This document shows positions 39,937-49,429 of a stretch of 64,000 bases of DNA, in pieces. Position 1 is the stretch's first letter, and every line of letters starts with the position of its first letter. The stretch lies in contig DSEO01000152.1 in assembly GCA_011056635.1 (NCBI GenBank), forward strand, positions 330 through 64,329, written 5' to 3'. The notes under the pieces were generated by a model, which was given only the letters and a program-made list of their open reading frames with translations, did not search any database and was not told the origin of the DNA. The position numbers and the translations under genes were made by a program. Source of the DNA: Bacteroides sp. GTDB taxonomy: Bacteria; Bacteroidota; Bacteroidia; Bacteroidales; GCA-2748055.

Positions 39937-41460
39937 ATGGCCCTTCAGAAAAAAATATCCAGTGCACTCATTTCTGTATATTCCAAAGAAGGCCTGGACA
40001 AAATCGCAAGTCAGCTGCAAGCACTGGAAATAACCATCTATTCTACAGGAGGTACGCGCGATTTCATTGCACAACTCGGTATTCCGGTGGAACCGGTGGA
40101 AGGGCTCACCTCCTATCCTTCCATTCTGGGTGGCAGGGTAAAAACATTGCATCCCAAAGTTTTCGGAGGGATCCTCGCCCGCCGGGAAATAAGCGGAGAC
40201 CTGGAACAGCTGGAAAAATACCAGATCCCCGGTATCGACCTGGTCATCGTGGACCTGTATCCCTTTGAGGAGACGGTCCGTTCCGGCGCCGACGAGCAGG
40301 CGGTCATTGAAAAGATCGATATCGGGGGGATCGCCCTCATCCGGGCGGCAGCCAAGAATTTCAGGGATGTGCTTGTTGTGTCCTCCCGGGATCAGTACCC
40401 TGCATTGCTTGATATGCTTGATTCCGGGAAGGGGGAAACTTCTGTGGAGACAAGGAGGAAATTTGCCACGGAAGCATTCAATATGACCTCCCATTATGAT
40501 ACGGAAATTTTCAGGTACTTTGACGCAGGTGCGGATACAGCATTGAAAATCAGCGAGCACAATGTCAGGGAATTGAGATACGGGGAGAATCCGCATCAGA
40601 AAGGGCTCTATTTCGGGAACCTGGATGAACTGATGGAGCAGCTGCAGGGAAAGGAGATCTCTTACAATAATCTCCTGGACATAGATGCCGCGGTGGGACT
40701 CATCTCCGAATTTGATGAGACCACATTTGCCATTCTGAAACACAACAACGCTTGCGGAATAGCCTCCCGTGACAACCTGGTAAACGCCTGGACAGCCGCC
40801 CTGGCAGGAGACCCCGTATCCGCCTTCGGGGGAGTTCTGATCACCAACCGTCCCATTGACCGGATATGTGCGGAAGAAATGAACAAGATCTTTTTCGAGG
40901 TGGTCATTGCCCCGGATTACGAGGATGAAGCCCTGGAGATCCTGAAACAGAAGAAGAACAGGATCATTCTCCGGCATCATGACGCAGGGTTGTCCGAAAA
41001 GACCATCCGCACGGTCCTCAACGGGTTTGTGCTCCAGGAACGGGACCGTGCCTCCGAAACAAAAACGGATATGAAACTGGTGACCACACAGGGGGTCAGT
41101 GACCGGCAGCTGGAAGATCTGGTCTTTGCCAATAAGATCGTCAAGCATACCAAATCAAATGCCATCGTGCTTGTGAAAGACAGACAATTGCTCGCATCCG
41201 GGACGGGGCAAACCTCCCGTGTGGATGCACTGAAACAGAGCATCGATAAAGCATTGCATTTTAAGTTCGACCTGAGGGAGGCTGTCATGGCATCGGATGC
41301 GTTTTTCCCGTTTTCTGACAGTGTCGAGCTGGCAGGAAATGCAGGGATCACCGCGGTTGTCCAGCCGGGTGGTTCGATAAGAGACCAGGACTCTATCGAT
41401 TACTGTAATGCACACGGAATGGCCATGGTATTTACCGGGATCAGGCATTTTAAACATTAA
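39937..41460 (+). CDS. purH: bifunctional AICAR formyltransferase / IMP cyclohydrolase
   Basis: N-terminus ALISVYSKEGL...STGGT, GRVKTLHPK, and C-terminus VVQPGGSIRD. 507 aa. Confidence 0.95.
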   Translation: MALQKKISSALISVYSKEGLDKIASQLQALEITIYSTGGTRDFIAQLGIPVEPVEGLTSYPSILGGRVKTLHPKVFGGILARREISGDLEQLEKYQIPGIDLVIVDLYPFEETVRSGADEQAVIEKIDIGGIALIRAAAKNFRDVLVVSSRDQYPALLDMLDSGKGETSVETRRKFATEAFNMTSHYDTEIFRYFDAGADTALKISEHNVRELRYGENPHQKGLYFGNLDELMEQLQGKEISYNNLLDIDAAVGLISEFDETTFAILKHNNACGIASRDNLVNAWTAALAGDPVSAFGGVLITNRPIDRICAEEMNKIFFEVVIAPDYEDEALEILKQKKNRIILRHHDAGLSEKTIRTVLNGFVLQERDRASETKTDMKLVTTQGVSDRQLEDLVFANKIVKHTKSNAIVLVKDRQLLASGTGQTSRVDALKQSIDKALHFKFDLREAVMASDAFFPFSDSVELAGNAGITAVVQPGGSIRDQDSIDYCNAHGMAMVFTGIRHFKH

Positions 41461-41486
41461 TAAGCTAACGAAACAGAAAAAAGGAA

Positions 41487-42506
41487 ATGGGATTGTTTTC
41501 ATTCCAGCAGGAACTGGCCATCGATCTGGGCACTGCAAATACCATCATCATCCACAATGACAAAGTGGTGGTGAATGAACCTTCCATCGTTGCCATCGAC
41601 CAGCAGACGGGCAAAATGATCGCCATCGGTGAAAAGGCCAGGCAAATGCATGGAAAAACCCATGAAAACATAAAAACCATCAGGCCTTTGCGTGACGGGG
41701 TGATTGCTGACTTTCAGGCTGCTGAAATGATGATCCGGGGAATGATCAAGATGATCAATACAAAACGAAGGCTTTTCAATCCATCCCTCAAAATGGTGGT
41801 CTGCATACCGTCGGGAAGTACGGAGGTGGAGCGCAGGGCGGTACGCGATTCTTCCGAACATGCGGGAGGAAGGGATGTGTATATGATCTTTGAACCCATG
41901 GCCGCGGCCATCGGGATCGGCCTCGATGTGGAAGGCCCCGAAGGATGCATGGTGGTGGATATCGGGGGCGGGACTACAGAGATAGCGGTGATTGCCCTGG
42001 GTGGCATTGTTTGCCTGCAGTCGATAAGAATTGCCGGTGATGGGTTCACGAATGATATTCAGACCTACATGCGCCACCAGCACAACATCAAGATCGGAGA
42101 ACGTACGGCTGAGGAGATCAAGATCCGTGTGGGATCGGCACTTCCGGAGCTGGATGATCCGCCGCAGGACTTTTTTGTCCGCGGTCCGAATCTGATGACC
42201 GCGATGCCCATCGAGATCCCCATTTCCTACCAGGAGATCGGACACTGTCTCGACAAATCCCTTTCGAAAATTGAAACCGCCATATTATCAGTACTGGAAC
42301 AGACCCCGCCTGAGCTGTATGCCGACATTGTATCCAAAGGGATCTACCTGGCAGGCGGAGGAGCACTGTTGAGGGGACTGGACAAGAGGCTTGCGGATAA
42401 GATCTCTCTTCCCTTTCACATTGCGGAGGATCCGTTGCAGGCAGTGGCCAGAGGAACAGGCATAGCCCTGAGGAATGTGGACAAGTTTCCGTTCCTGATG
42501 CGGTAA
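41487..42506 (+). CDS. mreB: rod shape-determining protein MreB
   Basis: LAIDLGTANT, DIGGGTTE and GIYLAGGGALLRGLD motifs. Confidence 0.95.
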   Translation: MGLFSFQQELAIDLGTANTIIIHNDKVVVNEPSIVAIDQQTGKMIAIGEKARQMHGKTHENIKTIRPLRDGVIADFQAAEMMIRGMIKMINTKRRLFNPSLKMVVCIPSGSTEVERRAVRDSSEHAGGRDVYMIFEPMAAAIGIGLDVEGPEGCMVVDIGGGTTEIAVIALGGIVCLQSIRIAGDGFTNDIQTYMRHQHNIKIGERTAEEIKIRVGSALPELDDPPQDFFVRGPNLMTAMPIEIPISYQEIGHCLDKSLSKIETAILSVLEQTPPELYADIVSKGIYLAGGGALLRGLDKRLADKISLPFHIAEDPLQAVARGTGIALRNVDKFPFLMR

Positions 42507-42526
42507 GCCGGCGCATCCGTCAGATT

Positions 42527-43348
42527 ATGAGAACACTGCTCAGGTTCATTCAGAAGTATTTCAACCTGCTGTTGTTTCTGATCCTTGAAGCAATTGCCAT
42601 CTTTCTGATTGTCAGAGGGAGTTATTACCAGCAATCCAGGTTCGTTCAGATGAACCGCCAGATCACGGGATTTATCTATGACCGGGTGGACGGGACCAGG
42701 GAATACCTGTCGCTGAAAAAGGTGAACCGGCAGCTGGCCCTGGAAAATATGCAGCTGAGGAACAGGGTGGAACAGTTATCCGGGAGTCTGGATACTGCCC
42801 GGGTGCTCCGTGTTCACAAGGAACCATACTGGTATTATTACGTACCTGCGAAGATCGTTCATAACAGTGTATATAAGCAATATAACTACATCACCATCGA
42901 TAAGGGAAAAAAGGACGGAGTTTTCAGGGATATGGGGGTCATCTCCGACCAGGGCCTGGTGGGCATCGTACTGGAATCATCCGGCAATTTTTCCACGGTG
43001 ATCCCTGTCATCAACAGGGATTTCAGGTTGAGCGTAAAGATCAAATCCAATAATTACGCCGGGATTCTATTCTGGGAAGGGGATTCACCGCTTTACGCGG
43101 GGCTTTCCGAAATTCCTTTCCATGTGGAGCTGACCGTGGGCGACACCATTGTGACCAGCGGGTATTCCGCAATTTTTCCCGATGGTATCGAAGTGGGTCA
43201 GATCGCTTCCTTTTCCCTTGAAAGCGGAAATTTCTATGACATCCGGGTGAAACTGTTCACCGAGTATCAAAGCCTGTTCCATATCAATGTCATCCGGAAT
43301 TACAGACAGGATGAGCAGATCAACCTGGAACAGAATGCAAGAAGATAA
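42527..43348 (+). CDS. mreC: rod shape-determining protein MreC
   Basis: Position after mreB, N-terminal TM plus coiled coil (LALENMQLRNRVEQL), and GLVGIV motif. Confidence 0.85.
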   Translation: MRTLLRFIQKYFNLLLFLILEAIAIFLIVRGSYYQQSRFVQMNRQITGFIYDRVDGTREYLSLKKVNRQLALENMQLRNRVEQLSGSLDTARVLRVHKEPYWYYYVPAKIVHNSVYKQYNYITIDKGKKDGVFRDMGVISDQGLVGIVLESSGNFSTVIPVINRDFRLSVKIKSNNYAGILFWEGDSPLYAGLSEIPFHVELTVGDTIVTSGYSAIFPDGIEVGQIASFSLESGNFYDIRVKLFTEYQSLFHINVIRNYRQDEQINLEQNARR

Positions 43349-43851
43349 TGCGCATGCTGACCAGAAATATAATCCGATTCATCGTGGTGGTGCTGGTGCA
43401 GGTGCTGGTACTGGACAACATCATGCTCCACGGTTACCTGGTCCCCTATTTTTATCTGCTGTTCCTCCTCCTGATGCCTTTTGAGACGCCCCGGTGGATC
43501 CAATTGCTTGCAGGCTTTCTGCTGGGATTGTCAGTGGATCTCTTCGAAAATACCCCGGGCATGCATACAGCCGCCACTGTTCTGGTGGCATACCTGCGTC
43601 CCTACCTGCTCAATCTGCTTGCTCCGCGCGACGGATACGAACCCGAAACCTATCCCCGGATCCACTATTACGGATTTTCCTGGTTCCTGAAATATACCCT
43701 GGCCCTGGTGGTGATCCATCATTTTGCACTCTTTTACCTGGAGGTTTTCCAGCTAAGGGATTTTTTCAGTACCTTGCTGCGGGTTTTTCTGAGTTCAATC
43801 CTATCCACAGCAACCATAGTGCTGAGTCAGTTTTTTGTATTCAGGGAATAA
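43348..43851 (+). CDS. mreD: rod shape-determining protein MreD
   Basis: Small polytopic membrane protein. TAATG overlap with mreC. Position in the operon. Confidence 0.8.
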   Translation: MRMLTRNIIRFIVVVLVQVLVLDNIMLHGYLVPYFYLLFLLLMPFETPRWIQLLAGFLLGLSVDLFENTPGMHTAATVLVAYLRPYLLNLLAPRDGYEPETYPRIHYYGFSWFLKYTLALVVIHHFALFYLEVFQLRDFFSTLLRVFLSSILSTATIVLSQFFVFRE

Positions 43852-45669
43852 ATGAATCCTTACAGGGACAGAAGATATGTGTTTGGTGTTGCGATTATTC
43901 TTGTGGGGCTGGTGTTTATCGGACGTCTTTTCCAGATCCAGATCCTGGATAAATCCTACGCGCAGTATGCCCTGAGCAATGCCCAGAGTGTGTCGGTGAT
44001 CTATCCGGCCAGGGGGTTGATATTCGACAGGACCGGCGAAATCATGGTTTATAACCAGGCAGCCTACGATGTGATGGTGGTCCCCCTCCTGCTCGAGCCA
44101 TTCGACACCACGGAACTGTGTCGCATACTCAGCATTTCCCGGCAAAGTGTGATTGAAAAACTACGGTCGGCCAGATCCTATTCCTACCGGGTGCCTTCAA
44201 TTTTCATGAAACAGCTTGACTATGAGCATGCATCGCTCCTGCAGGAGAAGCTGTATCAATACCCGGGATTTTATGTGCAGACCCGGACACTCAGAAAATA
44301 TACACGTCCCATTGCCCCGCATGCACTGGGATATGTGGGAGAAGTCGATCAACAGGTGCTGGATAATGATCCCTATTACCAGCTGGGGGATTATATCGGT
44401 GTGTCCGGTATTGAAAAAGCATACGAAAACTATCTGCGGGGCCGGAAAGGGAAAGAAGTTTTTCTGAAGGATGTTCATAACCAGACCATAGAATCCTACC
44501 AGGAAGGGCGGTATGATGTACCGGTCGAAGTGGGAAAGAATCTCACCATCACCCTGGATTCGGATCTCCAGGAGTACGGTGAAGAACTCATGAAGCCTTA
44601 CGTGGGAAGCATCGTAGCCCTGGAGCCAGCCACCGGGGAAGTGCTGGCCCTGGTGAGCGCACCTTCATATCCTCCTGACCTGCTGGTGGGAAGAAACCTG
44701 AGCAGGCGGTTCGGGGAGCTTGTCGCAGATACGCTGAAACCTTTGTTTAACAGGGCTTTGATGGCGCAGTATCCTCCCGGATCCACGTTCAAGACCCTCA
44801 TGGCATTGATCGGACTCCAGGAACAGGTGATTTCTGTCTCCACATCGTTCCACTGCTACTATGGCTTTTACGCGGGAGGCATCCACACCGCCTGTCACCT
44901 GCACGATTCACCGCTTAATCTCATCGAAGCGGTCCAGAATTCCTGTAATACCTATTTCATCAATGTACTGAAACACATTCTGCAGGATGCAAAGTACGAA
45001 AACCCCGCTGCTGCATATGATAACTGGCGCAGGCACCTGCTGTCCTTTGGTTTTACCCGTCCGCTGGGGATCGAGCTGACCAATGAACTGAAAGGGAACA
45101 TACCCGGAAGCGATTATTTCAACAACCTATACGGCACCGGTCGCTGGAATTATCTGACCATACGGTCCCTTGCCATCGGCCAGGGGGAACTGCTCATCAC
45201 CCCGGTACAGATGGCCAATCTGGCTGCCACCATTGCCAACCGGGGTTATTATATCAAACCGCACCTGGTCAAAAAGATCGAAGGGGTGGATCTGATTGAT
45301 CCTGAATATACCGAACGGCATTACACGACCATCGATTCGGTCAATTACCTTCCCGTTGTGGACGGAATGGACCTGGTGGTCAACGGCGGAAAAGGTTCCA
45401 CCGCCAGAAATGCGAAGGTACCCGGTATCGTTGTATGCGGGAAAACAGGAACCGCTGAGAATCCCCATGGCAATGACCATTCCATTTTCATCGCCTTCGC
45501 CCCCAAGGAAGATCCGAAGATTGCCATTGCGGTGTACGTTGAAAACCAGGGCTTCGGTGCCACATATGCCGCACCCATCGCCAGCCTGATGATTGAGAAA
45601 TACCTGACCGGTGAGGTGAAACGCACCTGGTACGAACAGTGGGTGATGCAAAAAATAACATCGGAATAA
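43852..45669 (+). CDS. mrdA: penicillin-binding protein 2 (elongasome transpeptidase)
   Basis: SxxK in YPPGSTFKT, SCN motif, KTGTAE motif. Confidence 0.9.
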   Translation: MNPYRDRRYVFGVAIILVGLVFIGRLFQIQILDKSYAQYALSNAQSVSVIYPARGLIFDRTGEIMVYNQAAYDVMVVPLLLEPFDTTELCRILSISRQSVIEKLRSARSYSYRVPSIFMKQLDYEHASLLQEKLYQYPGFYVQTRTLRKYTRPIAPHALGYVGEVDQQVLDNDPYYQLGDYIGVSGIEKAYENYLRGRKGKEVFLKDVHNQTIESYQEGRYDVPVEVGKNLTITLDSDLQEYGEELMKPYVGSIVALEPATGEVLALVSAPSYPPDLLVGRNLSRRFGELVADTLKPLFNRALMAQYPPGSTFKTLMALIGLQEQVISVSTSFHCYYGFYAGGIHTACHLHDSPLNLIEAVQNSCNTYFINVLKHILQDAKYENPAAAYDNWRRHLLSFGFTRPLGIELTNELKGNIPGSDYFNNLYGTGRWNYLTIRSLAIGQGELLITPVQMANLAATIANRGYYIKPHLVKKIEGVDLIDPEYTERHYTTIDSVNYLPVVDGMDLVVNGGKGSTARNAKVPGIVVCGKTGTAENPHGNDHSIFIAFAPKEDPKIAIAVYVENQGFGATYAAPIASLMIEKYLTGEVKRTWYEQWVMQKITSE

Positions 45670-47099
45670 TGATGGTGCAGCGATACAATACGGCAGCGAA
45701 TATCGACTGGATCTCCATCATCCTCTGTCTTGTCATCATTGGATTTGGATGGATGAATATTTATTCCGCCAACATTTTGGAGGATGGTGCCGGAAGCTTT
45801 GATATGTCCCAGCGATACGGCAAACAGCTCATCTGGATCGGTGCCTCACTGATACTGGCCGTACTGGTATTCATCCTGGATGCGAAGTTTTATATTTATT
45901 TTGCCTATGTACTCTATGGCATCATCATTCTGGTATTAATCGGGGTTTTGCTGTTCGGGAGAGAAATAAACGGTGCAAAAAGCTGGTTTGTGATCGGCGG
46001 CTTCCAGATCCAGCCCTCGGAATTCGCCAAACCCTTTACCGCACTCGCGCTGGCCGGTTTAATGACTTCACATAACTTCAGCCTGAAAAAGTTCACCGGT
46101 CTGTTGCAGACCGGTTTGATCATCCTGCTCCCCGCTGTCCTGATCCTGCTTCAACCAGACCTGGGATCCACCGTGGTATATTTTTCCTTCATCTTTGTCC
46201 TGTTCAGGGAAGGATTCTCCGCCAACATGATGATCATGCTTGCAGGACTCATTCTGCTCTTCTTCGCAACACTCATGATCCAGCAACCGCTGATACTGCT
46301 GATCATTACCGGAGTCAGCCTGCTGGCGTACCTGGGGACAGCCAGGTCCCTGAAAAAAACTGTGATCCTGGCTGTGACCGCCGGGGCGCTCTTCGGCATC
46401 CTGTACGCGGTCAATAAATATCTTCTCGATGCAAGGTTTTCGCTTTTCATGACAGGACTTGCCACAGTTGTCCCGATCGGACTGCTCCTGACCGTGATCG
46501 TTATACGCAGCAGGGAAATCCGCTACCTGAAGATTCTGGCCGGTATGTGTATCGCCATCCTGTTCGTGGTTTCGGTGGACTATGGCATGCACCGTATCCT
46601 GAAGCCCCACCAGCAGCAGCGAATCTATGTAACACTGGGACTGGAAGATGATCCGCAGGGTGTAGGATACAATGTGAACCAGTCGAAAATCGCCATCGGA
46701 TCGGGTGGTTTTACCGGGAAAGGATATCTGAACGGGACACAGACCAAACTGCATTTCGTTCCGGAACAAAGCACCGATTTTATTTTTTGTACCGTGGGTG
46801 AGGAATGGGGCTTCCTGGGGACAACCTTCGTGATCCTGCTCTATGTGGGTCTCCTGCTGAGAATGATTGTACTGGCGGAGCGACAGCGGACCACCTTCAG
46901 CAGGATTTTCGGTTATGGTTTCATTGCCGTCCTGTTCACGCATTTTTTGATCAATATCGGGATGACCATCGGTTTGCTGCCTGTCATCGGGATCCCCCTT
47001 CCGTTTTTCAGTTACGGGGGTTCGTCCCTCTGGGCCTTTACCATATTCCTGTGCATATTCCTCAGGCTCGATGCAAACCGCCTGGAGTTGCTCAGGTAA
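45669..47099 (+). CDS. rodA: rod shape-determining protein RodA (SEDS glycosyltransferase)
   Basis: IQPSEFAK, EQSTDFIF and GIPLPFFSYGGSS motifs. TAATG overlap with mrdA. Confidence 0.9.
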   Translation: MMVQRYNTAANIDWISIILCLVIIGFGWMNIYSANILEDGAGSFDMSQRYGKQLIWIGASLILAVLVFILDAKFYIYFAYVLYGIIILVLIGVLLFGREINGAKSWFVIGGFQIQPSEFAKPFTALALAGLMTSHNFSLKKFTGLLQTGLIILLPAVLILLQPDLGSTVVYFSFIFVLFREGFSANMMIMLAGLILLFFATLMIQQPLILLIITGVSLLAYLGTARSLKKTVILAVTAGALFGILYAVNKYLLDARFSLFMTGLATVVPIGLLLTVIVIRSREIRYLKILAGMCIAILFVVSVDYGMHRILKPHQQQRIYVTLGLEDDPQGVGYNVNQSKIAIGSGGFTGKGYLNGTQTKLHFVPEQSTDFIFCTVGEEWGFLGTTFVILLYVGLLLRMIVLAERQRTTFSRIFGYGFIAVLFTHFLINIGMTIGLLPVIGIPLPFFSYGGSSLWAFTIFLCIFLRLDANRLELLR

Positions 47100-47153
47100 T
47101 CCCTACATGTTCTGCGACAACGACTTTCCCTTTTAATCCTCCCCTATTTTTCG

Positions 47154-47161
47154 TATTTTTG
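47154..47161 (+). promoter_or_regulatory. -7 box TATTTTTG
   Basis: Exact TAnnTTTG match 50 nt upstream of the ATG at 47211. Confidence 0.3.
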
Positions 47162-47210
47162 CATTCCGTTGTCTGAAACAGGCATTGGTCAGAAACAGGA
47201 GGGAACCATT

Positions 47211-48560
47211 ATGCAATACAAAGCATTTACAAGAAATAATTTTGACAGGATCCGTGCATTCGGCAGACTGAGCCAGGATCAGGTCCGGGCCATCAGGGTC
47301 GTTTCCGAGGTACTGCCGTTCAAAACCAATAATTATGTTGTCAATGAACTGATCGACTGGGATCATTACGAGGATGATCCCATGTTCATCCTCAACTTTC
47401 CCCAGAAAGATATGCTGGAGGCAGATCAGTTCAACAGGATCGCAGAGATGATCGGGAATCATGCGGACAGGTCAGAGCTCGCCCGGTATGTGAACGAGAT
47501 CAGGATCTCGCTCAATCCGCATCCCGCCGGCCAGCTGGAACATAACGTACCCACGCTGAAAGGAGAAAAACTCACCGGGATCCAGCACAAATACCGTGAA
47601 ACAATGCTGTTTTTTCCCTCGCAGGGTCAGACCTGTCACGCTTACTGTACATTCTGTTTCAGGTGGCCGCAGTTCACAGGGATGAGCGAACTGAAGTTTG
47701 CCATGAAACAGGCCAACCTGCTCGTGGATTATCTGCGGGTCAACCCGGCCATCACGGATATACTGCTGACCGGTGGAGATCCCATGGTGATGCGGGCCTC
47801 CGTTCTTGAAAAATACATCGATACCATTCTCGGTGCCGGGATCCCTCATCTGAAGACCATCCGCATCGGTACGAAATCACTGGCATTCTGGCCCTACCGT
47901 TTTCTAACGGACAACGACAGTGAAGACGTCCTCAGGGTGTTCCGGAAGATCACGGACCGGGGCATCAACCTGGCGATCATGGCCCATTTCAGTCACCAGC
48001 GTGAATTATCCACCGGTGCCGTGCAGGAGGCGGTGAAAAAGATCAGGAGCACCGGTGCCCAGATCCGTACACAGTCACCCGTCCTTCGCCATATCAATGA
48101 CGATCCCGATGTGTGGGCCACCATGTGGCGTAAGCAGGTGGATATGGGAATGATCCCGTACTATATGTTTGTGGCCAGGGATACCGGGGCACAATCCTAT
48201 TTTGGCGTAAACCTCCCGGAGGCGCACCGGATATTCACCGAAGCCTACAGGCGGGTGAGCGGTGTGTGCCGCACGGTGAGAGGTCCCAGCATGTCCACTG
48301 GACCGGGCAAGATCAGGATCGAAGGAATTGCTGAAATCCGGGGCGAAAAGGTATTTGTAATGAATTTTATCCAGGGCAGAAATCCGGAGTGGGTCGGGAT
48401 ACCATTTTTTGCCGCTTACAATCCTGACGCACAGTGGCTCGACGATCTGGTTCCGGCCTTCGGAGAATCGGAGTTCTTCTATGAGCAGGAGTACAATAAG
48501 CTGATAGAAGAAGACAAATCAGAAACGGAAAACCGGAGAAAAAGCGTGGCCCATTTTTAG
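47211..48560 (+). CDS. KamA-family radical SAM/PLP aminomutase-like protein (divergent subfamily)
   Basis: HKYRETMLFFPSQGQTCHAYCTFC (CxxxCxxC), ILLTGGDP, PYYMFVARD and STGPGK. The ATG at 47211 is preceded by AGGAGG. The track start at 47169 is a TTG. Confidence 0.8.
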   Translation: MQYKAFTRNNFDRIRAFGRLSQDQVRAIRVVSEVLPFKTNNYVVNELIDWDHYEDDPMFILNFPQKDMLEADQFNRIAEMIGNHADRSELARYVNEIRISLNPHPAGQLEHNVPTLKGEKLTGIQHKYRETMLFFPSQGQTCHAYCTFCFRWPQFTGMSELKFAMKQANLLVDYLRVNPAITDILLTGGDPMVMRASVLEKYIDTILGAGIPHLKTIRIGTKSLAFWPYRFLTDNDSEDVLRVFRKITDRGINLAIMAHFSHQRELSTGAVQEAVKKIRSTGAQIRTQSPVLRHINDDPDVWATMWRKQVDMGMIPYYMFVARDTGAQSYFGVNLPEAHRIFTEAYRRVSGVCRTVRGPSMSTGPGKIRIEGIAEIRGEKVFVMNFIQGRNPEWVGIPFFAAYNPDAQWLDDLVPAFGESEFFYEQEYNKLIEEDKSETENRRKSVAHF

Positions 48561-49171
48561 TCAGGCATCTCCGTTTTTTGCGAGGAGATATCGATCTGGT
48601 ACTTCTCTTCAAGGAACTGTATGATCAGCGGAAAAAACTCCAGGAAATCTTCCCTGAAGCTGGTGTACCTGTCACTTAAAACCTCCACCGCATAAGATGC
48701 ATGATCGGGCAGTGAGGTGTTATCCGCCATGCGTGACAGTACGAGCTCAATTCCTTCGACGGTCTGGTAGGCAAGCATCCAGTTATTTTCCAGGAATGTG
48801 GGAAACCACATTTTTATTGCAGAAGGCAAGATTTTATAATTCCTTTTGAGCAGGTCATAGGTCCTGTTGACAAATTCATTCAGCGGCAGGACTGAGAAAC
48901 GATCCCAGAGGGAGGCAAGAAAATGGTCATAGAATATATCGATGATGATCCCGGCATATTTGTGGTATTTTCCGGCAATCCGCTGTTTACTTCTCCTTGT
49001 GATAATGTGGGTGTCTGTAAATGAGTCAATATCCCTGTGGAGCAGGATCCCTTTCTTGATCAATTCGGGAAACTGCCTGTAATCTTTTCCCTTTACATAA
49101 TCGCCCATGAAATTTCCCACAATGATCTCCTCATTGTTACCGGACAGATAAGTATGCGCAAGAAAGTTCAC
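48557..49171 (-). CDS. acpH: acyl carrier protein phosphodiesterase
   Basis: The N-terminus MNFLAHTYLSG...GNFMGDYVKG matches the AcpH family N-terminus. GTG start. Confidence 0.8.
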   Translation of the reverse strand: MNFLAHTYLSGNNEEIIVGNFMGDYVKGKDYRQFPELIKKGILLHRDIDSFTDTHIITRRSKQRIAGKYHKYAGIIIDIFYDHFLASLWDRFSVLPLNEFVNRTYDLLKRNYKILPSAIKMWFPTFLENNWMLAYQTVEGIELVLSRMADNTSLPDHASYAVEVLSDRYTSFREDFLEFFPLIIQFLEEKYQIDISSQKTEMPD

Positions 49172-49393
49172 CGACGATATTTTTGGAATTTCGATAAAAA
49201 TATTCGAAAATTCTTTTTGTTTATATTACGTTATTTCAGGCAAAGATGTTATATCCCAGACTTTTATTTAACACATTTTTGTTGAATCCCCTTCAAGTAT
49301 TTCCATAATTTTCTGATTTACAATTTATTAATTATTAATCTGAATACAAAGCTATTATACAGCATATTCGGTATGCCCTTTCACTTAAAGCTC

Positions 49394-49401
49394 TAAATTT
49401 G
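49394..49401 (+). promoter_or_regulatory. -7 box TAAATTTG
   Basis: Exact TAnnTTTG match 28 nt upstream of the ATG at 49430, in a 258-bp AT-rich intergenic region. Confidence 0.35.
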
Positions 49402-49429
49402 ACCATCGCGAACCAGTTAACCCAACTAT

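Noticed and set aside
39868-41148. Long antisense ORFs opposite well-supported genes. Examples: 39868-41148 (426 aa) opposite purH, 56390-57700 (436 aa) and 57746-58549 opposite otsA, 27757-28917 opposite the long KamA, 60720-61760 opposite GNAT::HDAC, 49784-50758, 46068-46943, 30598-31647, 18213-19235, 12474-13316 and 33295-34197.
   Set aside because: Each lies fully within a gene with strong family motifs on the other strand. Their translations are low-complexity (rich in H, P, G, R and Q) with no recognisable motifs or signal peptides. They are typical shadow ORFs caused by codon bias.
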